A program made the translations under genes and the position numbers. A stretch of 63,727 nucleotides of DNA, counting the filler, from Lenisia limosa (taxonomy: Eukaryota > Protista > Breviatea): the NCBI GenBank assembly GCA_001655205.1. It is 13 parts of 13 records of this genome, joined end to end, with 100 filler letters (N's around TTAATTAATTAA, not from the genome) between each part and the next. Parts side by side here need not be neighbours in the genome. Positions count along the whole stretch, not along the records: positions 54,180 to 56,923 come from LPNZ01006246.1; positions 57,024 to 59,616 come from LPNZ01000512.1; positions 59,717 to 63,727 come from LPNZ01002901.1; 10 more parts are not named here. One strand, given 5' to 3'. Below the pieces are notes generated by a model, which did not search any database, had not been told where the DNA came from, and was given only the letters and a program-made list of their open reading frames with translations. Positions 54,180 through 63,727 of the stretch are shown piece by piece (the stretch's first letter is position 1; the number at the start of each line of letters is the position of its first letter).

Positions 54180-56911
54180 TGCCGGAGTAACGAAAGAGGC
54201 TCTCCTCATCTTCTTTGCTGCGGGTACCCCCCAGGAGGCCCGCGCGCTCCATCGCTCCGAGGTGGGGACCCTTGTTTAGTAACTACTAAAACGGGCCATT
54301 GCATGATCGAAGCAAAGGGCGTTGGCTGTTTCTGTCATCCATTATCCACTTGCCAAATTAGGAAGTCCTCCCTTCTTCACTTACTATATTAGGAACTTCG
54401 CGGTTTTGTCATCAATTTCCACAAGGCCTGCCCCGGCCTGCCTGTCTTCCTCATTGTTGCAGTTCCCGAACACTTACAGTTCCCCGGATTTGAGGTGGGA
54501 CTATTTTTGGGGGATTTATCGATATTTATCGAGGATTAATCCAGATTCAGTCTCTTTTGACAAGCTCTTAAGTTACCAGTTCCCTAACTCTCAGGTTGAA
54601 GCCGGGATCCATGATCAGATTACGTCTGCCTACATTTGGAGAGTCCCCCTTCATAACTGCCAGGTTAGCTAATTCATGTTTTCCTTGTTAATTTAGCTCA
54701 TTATTTTTCACTCCCCATAATCATAATATCATATAATGTGGTGTTTGTGTTATTACCAAATTGATTGTTTTGTTTAATAATCTTATTAGTGCCTCCTGTT
54801 TGCTTTGTGTTTGAGTTTGGAGTTTTAGATTATTCGGTTCGGGAATAGTACCTTCACACCACTTATTCATCAAATCTTTCGTTTTANNNNNNNNNNNNNN
54901 NNNNNNNNNNNNNNNNNNNNNNNNNNNNNNNNNNNACCCTCGTGTGTTGTCAGCCAACAGGGTTGATTTGGCTTTTTTTTTGTTTCCTAAATTTTCCGAT
55001 TTTACCGCCTCCCCCCAATATGGCAACATTAATCGTGTTTTACCCCCTTCCCAGACCCTGAGAGATCTTGCTCTTGCCTTCGAGGACTACAACAACCCTG
55101 GCCCACAGCCCTACGATCTTTCCGATGATGAGGAGCTGCACCCTGACAGCATGATGGATGTACTCTTCTCGCAGCCCCAGGTAATATTCGGGTATTTATT
55201 TTGTTAATTCTTCAAAAATTTACCAATTTTACGTAAGCTGGAGTGATGGGATGTGGTGCTACAGAAGACACTGGCCTGGGCTTTGTTTGCTTTGTTGTTA
55301 TCAACCCTTGTGTGTTGTTAGCCAACAGAGTTGATTTTGGGCTTCTTTTTTTTGTTTCATTAACTTTCCCATTTTACTCCCCCCCCCCCCNNNNNNNNNN
55401 NNNNNNNNNNNNNNNNNNNNNNNNNNNNNNNNNNNNNNNNNNNNNNNNNNNNNNNNNNNNNNNNNNNNNNNNNNNNNNNNNNNNNNNNNNNNNNNNNNNN
55501 NNNNNNGAAGTCCATAACGCCCTTTCTTCAATGCCTGACAACGTCCAGGTATTTTCTTGAGTTAACATCTAAGTGTTTTTGAACTTCGCTTTGGTTAAAA
55601 AAAAAACAACAATCCTTCTGTTTTTGCTGTGTTTAGAAGCCCTATATTTGTTAAGATATGAACCCGGACTCCTGCAATTTGCCAACTTCCCACCACTCTA
55701 ACTCGAATTTAGGAGTACGTTTCCGTCTTGACCGCTCTCCCTGAGGATGAGAGACATAAGGTCATCACCCTTCGTCTTGGGGACTTGCATAAGAAGGTGG
55801 AGGGGCGTGAGGGATTTTCGTCACTTTTAGTGTTGTTGCATGATATGATGAAAAGTAACATGTTATTTTTTTGAGCAGGAGAAATATACATTAGAATCTA
55901 GGGAAATAAATAAAAACATAGGGATACCATAAACAAATTAATGTGATTCTGCATGATATGATGAAAATTATTATACAAGACTTCACGATATTTTTTTTTT
56001 TTTGAGACCAAAATGAATCCTCTCAATAGACTCTTGGTTATTTTTATGTTTGTGTTGCTCACAACCCCACCACCACAAATATATTTCCATATTTATATTA
56101 TTCGGTTCGTGATAAGTACCGTTACACAATTATTCATCAAAGTTTCCTTCGTTTATCCCCTTCGTTTACCCCCCCCTCACGCTGGAGTGATGGGATGCGG
56201 TGCTGCAGAAGCGACTGGCCAGGGCCTTGTTTGTTTTGTTGTTATCAACCCTTGTGTTTTGTCAACCAACAGTTGATTTGGGCCTTTTTTGTTGTTTAAT
56301 AAATTTTCCAATTACTCCCTCCCCCAGACGACAGCCCAACGTAAGAAGATCGAAGGACTTCGCGCTGAAACGCGTGAGTTCCGCACCAAAGCCACGCCCC
56401 TCTTGAAGAAGCAGCACCAGGCGGAGACCAAGCTCGTTAGGGTGGAGACCAAGTTGAAGGTGGGAAACATAATTGATGGCTTTGTACGTTAGAGCTTCAC
56501 TTCGGTAAAAATACCTGTAAAATATCGATAGTTTTCAAAGATTTATTGAGAAATTCTGTTTTCTTTTGTTTTTTTAACCGAAGTGAAGCCCTCCCTGTAT
56601 GTACAGCATCTCATAATGAGGGGTACGGGTATAGATGATACCATGATACAGAATGGTGGTGATGATGCACTGATGAAGGTGATAATAATTGTAATAATGT
56701 TCGTTGATATGAAGGGTTTCACTTCGGTTCAAAAAAAGACCAGTACAATATCGATAGTTTTCGAAGATTTATCGAGAAACTCAGTCTTTTTTTCGAACCG
56801 AAGTGAAGCCCAAGTGATATGACAGAGACGTGTTTGTTCTAACCCTTTAGTGGCTTGAGGAAAATGAGGAACTCTGTTCAATGCTCCGAAGCCTGCTAAT
56901 CCCTGCACCGA
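54180..56911 (+). CDS. Unknown protein with C-terminal coiled coil, internal exons
   Basis: Exons TLRDLALAFEDYNNPG...SQPQ (55056-55160 region), EYVSVLTALPEDERHKVITLRLGDLHKK, TTAQRKKIEGLRAETREFRTKATPLLKKQHQAETKLVRVETKLK (56328-56459), all GT-AG bounded. Confidence 0.6.
56181..56327 (+). mobile_element. Repeat family C (about 150 nt, non-TIR, 3'-splice-site-adjacent); full-length reference copy
   Basis: Consensus gctggagtgatgggatgcggtgctgcagaagcgactggcctggg...atcaacccttgtgtgttgtcagccaacagagttgatttggg...gtttcataaattttccaattttac(C)n. Other copies: 16820-16877+, 19705-19763+, 23731-23775-, 26700-26770-, 47007-47142+, 49920-49970+, 52347-52437-, 53219-53275-, 54937-55016+, 55237-55390+, 57341-57397-, 61601-61709+, 63170-63303+, 63483-63622+. 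Confidence 0.9.
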
Positions 56912-57215
56912 AAAAAGAATGTANNNNNNNNNNNNNNNNNNNNNNNNNNNNNNNNNNNNNNNNNNNNTTAATTAATTAANNNNNNNNNNNNNNNNNNNNN
57001 NNNNNNNNNNNNNNNNNNNNNNNTGGGGGAATATAAAATAAAACAGAGGTATTTCGATCAAGAATATTGGCGTAAAGGTACTTATTACTAACCGAATAAC
57101 CTGATTGGGAGGAGCGTGGGCAGACGCATGGTAATTTGTTTATGGTATCCCTTTATATTATTTGTTTAATTATTTCTTTTGTTGAAAAAAAATATGTATT
57201 GCTTTGAATAGTACA

Positions 57216-58662
57216 TACCCAACCTGAACACTATGCGTCCCTGGGAGAGTGGTGGAGTTGATAAGAAGAGCATCAGCCGTGACGGAGTTCAGTTCCAACT
57301 CCGTCACGTCCCCGAAGGTGGAGGGGGTGGCCTGGGGGGTAAGGGGGGATTGGAAAATTTATGAAACATAAACAAAGGCCAAAATCTGTTGGCTCGAATT
57401 AGGGTTGAAAACAACGCGGAGGCGCGTACTCTAATAAACGAATCTGCTGATCGCTCCAACACTGTAATGTCCAAACTAAAGAGTAAAGATCTTTCGTGAT
57501 TTGAAAGTGATATGATTGTGCTAATAACCAGAAGAAGGCAACAACAACGCTGTCACTTCTGAAAGCAGGTATGTCACGGATGTCACCTTTACACAATTTT
57601 CACCAATAAAGCTGAAATACTACGGAAATTTGTTCAAAAATAATGAAAGTTGGAATTATTGTTTTGAACCACTATCTGGGTGGAAATCACGAATGATGAC
57701 GTGTCACCTCTCACATACCCGCAAGCTGGTTACAGTTTATAGTTTGAGAAAATTGATATACGAACACAAACATATGGTGCCGTCATATTTTTACTTTTTC
57801 CAAAAATTTAACTAAAATGTTGTCATTATGAAAATCATAATTTTTGTTCTCTTATCTCAATCATAATTACTTTTAATACCTAGTATTTGACCATAGCCAA
57901 TCACACAATTAAAAAAACACTCGATAATAGTTTCACCCAATCATTTGTCTTACAACTCTGTGCACACGGCTTTCTGCGTGCCTCCCCAGCATTACTTTAA
58001 TCATTTGTCTTACAACTCTAGGTACACACCTTATTCCAGCATAGCTTGTCCAAGTCATGAGCAGAGTGCTGAGACTACCAGGGTTAGAAATGATTATTTC
58101 ATTTATATCATAACTAGGGCTTCCCTACTGTCTGAAAGAAACCGGCTGAATATCGATAACTCTCGAGGATTTGTCAAGAAATTCAATCTTTTTTGGGACC
58201 GTAGGAAAGCTCTAATCATATCATTCTCCGACACGTGGTGGCATATCCACTCGTATGATAGTTGACCGACAAGTCTCAATGATACTCTGATTCGGGATAA
58301 ACCTCGCGCTAGTATATGATACAATCCTTCAAGAACTAAAACGCATTCAGGGTTATGGAATGTTCAAGATGATTAAACTTGTTTATATATACCCTAGATG
58401 AAACTGTAAAACACTGCTACGATCATGTTGTATGATGAACTACAAAGCCTTTCAACCCCACCAACTTCGCAACAGCATCAACATAGCTTCTCGGCGTGGG
58501 ACTCATAGCATCCGTGGGATCCGTAACAGTCATGACTGTTCTTCCTATCTGGTCAACATTCACTATGGTAGCCAGCGTGCTAGAAGTGTTAACTGGAAAT
58601 AGCCGGGCTTACAATGTAACTAAGACACTTAGCAGGTATGCTAAAGCTAAGATGACCACCAT
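57216..58662 (-). CDS. Putative secreted/surface protein, 5' exons
   Basis: Hydrophobic N-terminus MVVILALAYLLSVLVT|gtaagc, then NTSSTLATIVNVDQIGRTVMTVTDPTDAMSPTPRSYVDAVAKL|gtgggt and ATPSTFGDVTELELNSVTADALLINSTT. Confidence 0.5.
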
Positions 58663-58907
58663 GCTGCCTTGCAAAGCGGAATAAGCTTAATTGTCTGAAT
58701 TCTAAGAGCTTTTGAAAAGCTTTGTAACTAAAATTTCTTCTAATATCAATGTGGTGTTAAAGCTCTCAGCAGCGGAGTTTCTCTAAACAGAATTGAGACG
58801 TTTGACTATATAGGTCGAAAAATTTCGATATATTTATATCGGAATGAGTGCCCCTTTTCACCAAAAAGAATCAAACAGAAGCCCTCATTTAACGGTTAAT
58901 AGACACA

Positions 58908-59476
58908 ATGGCTGAACCCGAAACTGTAAGTAGAGTATTTCAATTGGCTGACTTTTTTTTTAGAAGGTTGAACAATTCTTCGATGAAGAGGGTAACCCCA
59001 TCTCCAAGAAGTAAGAGGGAGTGTACTGAGCGAGAAATAGATGGCAAGAGTTGAAACGCAGCATGTCCAGTTCATGAACTAACCTGTTTAGGGAACACAA
59101 GCGTCGCAAGGCTGCCGTTGAGAAGGCAAAGAAGCGTGCTGAGCACCTTAAGGCCGAAGGCAAGTCTGAGACTGTTCAACAGGAAAAGAAGACCTTTGAG
59201 CTCAATGAGGTTTGCAGCTTTGTGTAGAAGCATCCTGTATTTGCCAGTTTTTTGGAGGATTCTTGTAAATCGAAATGCTGCCGAATGTTCCATTGCTCTT
59301 CCTCGCGCCTTTCGTGCTTTCCGTAGCCTAATGGCACCAGGTTTACGGAGACCGTCCCCTCCTCAACAGCAGCTCTCGCCCCGGCCACACCTACCACAAC
59401 GTTGGCGATATCAAGGTAGATCTTGCCGAGAAGCAGGTCCGCATCCAGGCCCGTGTCCACAAGAGCCGCGGAAAGG
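58908..59476 (+). CDS. DARS1: Cytosolic aspartyl-tRNA synthetase, first four exons
   Basis: Exons 58908-58925, 58964-59010, 59092-59209, 59341-59476: MAEPETKVEQFFDEEGNPISKKEHKRRKAAVEKAKK...VYGDRPLLNSSSRPGHTYHNVGDIKVDLAEKQVRIQARVHKSRGKG (eukaryotic Lys-rich extension plus OB-fold start). Confidence 0.85.
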
Positions 59477-59829
59477 GTGAGCAGAGGGGACTTTGGTGGG
59501 TTTTGTGGAGGGTTTTGATGTGTGCATTGATCATCCGAATTAATCTTCTCACCACCCAACAGAATTGATTTTATGATTTTTATTATTATTATTTCATACT
59601 ACGCTGAATGTGTCGTNNNNNNNNNNNNNNNNNNNNNNNNNNNNNNNNNNNNNNNNNNNNTTAATTAATTAANNNNNNNNNNNNNNNNNNNNNNNNNNNN
59701 NNNNNNNNNNNNNNNNAAAAGGCCAGTAAAATATCGATATTTGTCGTAAATTATCGAGGAATACAGTTTTTATGGTACCGGAAGCCATACCAACGACTGT
59801 ACTTAGTCTCTTCCAGATAATACTTGTTT

Positions 59830-62800
59830 TCATACCAATTAGGCACCCTATGGACACAGTGGAATGATTTTCGAATCGCTTGAAGGGGAAAATTGGCCCC
59901 TTACCACTAAGTCCCCGAAGGTAAGTTGTTGTAATTTCATTGATAATCTGTTTTGTCTGAATAGGTACAAAAGCTTCAACACAATGGGTGTAATGAGCAT
60001 CCCTTCGAAATTGACAGGTTCAGGTGGTCTGTGATGTGAACAGTGACGACTTACTCACCCCGGCTTCCAACACCAAGTTGCTCACTGCCGGTGAGCGAGG
60101 GTCTTGCTTGCTTGGGATTGTTTATATTGATGCTTTCAATCAGGCACCGTTGTATTAATATTATTCACGAAAGTAAATTGAATGGTAGACTTCTCCAGCT
60201 AACAATTTATCCTGTCTGTTGTCAGGCTAAAGATATGTAGATAGACTTCTCCAGCTAATAATCTATCCTGTCCGTTGTCAGGTTGAAGATATTTAGATAG
60301 ACTTCTCTAGATAATAATCTACCAAAAAAAGTGTCAATATGGGAAGGGTGAGAGCAAGGCAAGAGGGCAAGTATTCAGAGTTGCCATGGTCACTCCATAC
60401 TTCCCCCAACTCCTATAATATCCTCACCTCTCAGGTTTTTGTTTATCTCTTTTGTTTATTCATTCTAAAAGAGTATTTTACTCTCCCTTATCGTATCTTC
60501 ACCTCCCAGCCACATATTGGCGTCATTGGTTCGGAGGGGGCAGACATTCTTCAGACCCTGCCTTCCGAACCGATTTTTATGCCGACTTCGGGAGCCGCCG
60601 GAACAACGAAACGATCAATCTGATCGTCCAGGCGGCGGGAGGTGGGCGGGGCAAGAGCTCTTGAGGTTCAAGATGTATTACATTTGTTTTGAGCAAGGAA
60701 ACATTCAGTAACCGTGATAAGTTCGGATTAATTTTCAATCAGAGCAATAAGTTAAGACTTTCACGGTCACTGTACATAAGATAAAATTTGGGACATTGGT
60801 ATTCTCCCGTTTTGAAGACTAGAAATATTGAATTGGGATCTCCACTGTTTGTTATCATTTGTCAAAAAAAATCCCAGTATTATAACTCTTATTTAGCCAA
60901 GAAAAGAAATAACCGAAAAACTCTTATTTCTGTCAAGAAGTTAGCTCGATTAACTCGATTTTAGACCCGACACTGAGCTCAAACTCCTTTGAGTTGGTTG
61001 CCCAACGAATGGCGGCGCTTTATCGTAAGGGGTATTGTTTACTGCTCATAAGAAGTAGGGTGTTGTATACTATGCTGTATCATATCTAGGGCCTCACTTC
61101 GGTCTAAAAAAGACTGATTTTGCGATAAATCCCTGATAAATATTGATATTTTACCAGTATTGTTCTGACCGTAGGGAAACCCTAATCTTTTGTACCAGGT
61201 AAATAATAGTATTTTTTGAGATTTTGGAGATTTTGGTCACTCATTGAGTCTTCCCTCATCCACACAGCGAAACAGTCGAAAGCCAGCCTCTGCATTGACA
61301 CTACCGTTTGGCCCGGGTACGGCTTAGATCAGGCACCGCCGCCAACCTGGGAATACTCCGATTTATTCGCGTGGGTTACAGGCGTATTTCCAACTCCAAT
61401 ATTCTGAAACCCCAAAATGAACTGCGTGTACGCCCCATTAATATGATTGATAAGTTTTCTTTGAGAGCCGCATTAATAATCGATCAGTTCTCTTTGAGAC
61501 GGGATGGTGTGTTTAAATATCCAGCTCGATGCTCCTTTGAGATTTCTAGATCTTATGTTTTATATATATCCATTTGCCCATAAAGTTTCCAATTATCCAA
61601 GCAACTGGCCTGGACTTTGTTTGTTCTGTTGTTATCAGTATAGTCTGTCAGAGTTCATTTGGGCTTTTTTGTTTCATAAATTTCCAATTTTACCCCGCAC
61701 CCCCTCCAGGTTATACGGAGCTCCTCCCAGCCCGGTCTCTCTTGAGCACAATTACATGATGTTTATCGTTGGATATGACCATGATGTAAGCAATGTTGGA
61801 TATGACCATGGTGTGAGCAATGTTGGATAATATTTTTAAAGTAAAATGTTCCATCTCATACATTCTGGGTATTGAGAGAGCTACTTCGAAATATTGTATT
61901 GTACAACTTCACTCGATTCGGAAAATACCAGACATTGAGATTTATCGAGGATTTATCATGACATCCAGTCTCTTTGTTTTTCGGACCGAAGTGAAGCCCT
62001 CAGTGCACATGTGCATATGTCTTCCTGTGGTCTTGATTAGTATAAATATGATTTTTTTTTTCTCTCATTTCTATATATATATACTATCTTTATTGATAAC
62101 ATATTAAGCATAGTATGTATTTTGTTTGTAGACTGAGTTGTTTGCATTCACCCTTATAGACTGACTCGGCCTACTGTCATGCATTCAATGAAATGGACCG
62201 CTCACACATCATTTGCGACATCCAAGTCCAGACGTGGGTGCTGGAAATATGGGGTACAAAATGTGGGCTCTTCTAAAAACAAAACAGGGTTAGCGTTTGT
62301 AGTTATACTCAGTGAAAAAGGTGGGGTTTTGATGATCAAATTCACAAAAAGGTCACTTTTTGCAACTAAAGACATTTTTCAAAATAACCATCACTTTTTT
62401 TAGGAAATATGGGATGGGAGGTGTGCTTTGTTCTTCTATTGTTTCCTTTGTAACCTGAACAGTAGCGTCAGCTTTATTCAGATCACCCACAGGTCTCAAT
62501 TTGAATTAGAAATCTACAACTTATTCACATTATCACCCTACAGGTCTCAATTTGAGCCAGACGTGTACCTTAATACCTTGCCTCTTGACCCGTACCCTCG
62601 CATTTCAGGCCTCATTTCAAAGTACGCTGTGGGGAGGAGTGTGCTATATCTTCTATTAATTCATGTCAATATAGCTATGATATGATATATAGTATATCAT
62701 ATGATATTTGTACCATTTGAAACTGTAGTTGGGGGAAGAAAACATGATTCGTTTAATTGAAGTGATTTTCCTTTTTGACCAGCTTCATTCGTCAAGGTTT

Positions 62801-63700
62801 ATGACGAAAGAATTATACGTTGAAGTTCCTGTTCTCCAACCAGCTCGTAGGGGAAAAGGGGGGGGGGGGGNNNNNNNNNNNNNNNNNNNNNNNNNNNNNN
62901 NNNNNNNNNNNNNNNNNNNNNNNNNNNNNNNNNNNNNNNNNNNNNNNNNNNNNNNCATATTATAATTATAGAGAGGATAGATGATTGGGGCACCACGCAG
63001 ATTACCAAGAATTCAATTAGCAATACTTATCTATATGACAGGATCCGATGCTCCGTAATTTGACAGAAATTCACCCCCTCACCCAGCCAACTTTGATTTT
63101 TTTTTTGATATTTTCACCCGTCCCGTTTTGAACAAACTGATTCTCAGTTCCATAAATTTCCATTTTTACGTGATGGGATGCGTTTCTGCAAACGACTGAC
63201 CATTTTTGTTTTGTTGTTCTCAGCCCTTGTGTGTTGTCAGCCAACAGAGTTGATTTTGGGCTTTGTTTTTATAGTTTCATAAATTTTTCATTTTCACCCC
63301 CCTCTTATCACGACCAGGCCACTTCATCTCACGACTGACCAAGACGCTGGAGAGTCATGGAATTGATATGGTCGGCGCTCCGATTCTCAACGACTGTCCG
63401 TTCTACAACGTGGGTCCAATATCTCTTAAAAGCGTGATGGTGTGGATGGCTTCGGCCAGAGACTGGCCTGGGCTTTGTTTGTTGGAGTGATGGAATACGG
63501 TGCTGCAGAAGCGGCTGGCCTGGGCTTAGTTTATGTTGTTCTCAACTCTCGTGTATTGTCAACCTACAGAGTTGATTGTGGACTTTTATTTTGTTTCATA
63601 AAATTTCTCAATTTTACTCCCCCGAACAGACCACGGTTTTGCTGACGTCACTCCACGGGTTTTCAATGGAACACTTTGTCTCCGATCTTCTGAAGAATTC
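59830..63700 (+). CDS. Multi-exon protein, possibly GT2/beta-1,4-GalNAc-transferase-like glycosyltransferase
   Basis: Plus-strand GT/AG-bounded exons. HFISRLTKTLESHGIDMVGAPIL (63318-63409) resembles the L-x-x-L-x-x-x-L-E-x-x-x-x-D-x-V-G segment of GT-A fold enzymes. No DxD motif seen. Confidence 0.4.
60184..60310. repeat. About 56-bp tandem repeat x2.3 in an intron
   Basis: (g/a)tagacttctccagctaa(c/t)aat(t/c)tatcctgtc(t/c)gttgtcagg(c/t)t(a/g)aagatat(g/t)taga repeated. Confidence 0.85.
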
Positions 63701-63727
63701 GTGGGGAGGGGGGGGTAGATGGGAGGG

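Noticed and set aside
59158-59166. Apparent GC-AG donor (gcaagt) in AspRS
   Set aside because: The frame stays open to a canonical GT donor at 59210 that joins in phase.

Overview
This is eukaryotic, very intron-rich genomic DNA from a fragmented draft assembly. Thirteen unrelated scaffolds are concatenated with an artificial 100-nt spacer (44 N + TTAATTAATTAA + 44 N), so adjacency across spacers has no biological meaning. The ORF track is largely uninformative because most exons are only 30-170 nt. Splicing exons by hand gave these recognisable genes, most of them partial: a DDX3/Ded1/vasa-type DEAD-box helicase with at least 5 RanBP2-type zinc fingers, a Cfp1/Spp1-like PHD protein, Rab2, an AAAP/SLC38 amino-acid transporter, a rabconnectin-3a/DMXL-like WD40 protein, a NO VEIN/sacsin-like protein, a TSP1/Cys-rich protein, cohesin Scc3/STAG, PRMT5, threonine aldolase, FRA10AC1, a RecQ-like helicase with a degenerate P-loop, GPN3, cytosolic AspRS and a GT2-like glycosyltransferase. 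RNA genes are an intronic box C/D snoRNA (SNORD66-like guide for 18S rRNA) and an intronic initiator tRNA-Met. The introns are densely colonised by repeats. Three TA-flanked MITE families co-occur with a decayed, intron-containing pogo-like DD35D transposase. The most unusual signal is two short non-TIR repeat families (C, about 150 nt; F, about 70 nt). They lie in the host-sense orientation in every copy I could orient, have fixed 3' ends and variable 5' ends, and stack head-to-tail just upstream of a poly-C/AG 3' splice site. Many introns also begin with a G-run and end with a C-run. Together this suggests a splice-site-targeted mobile element system. All homology calls are from motif recognition by eye; no database search was run.
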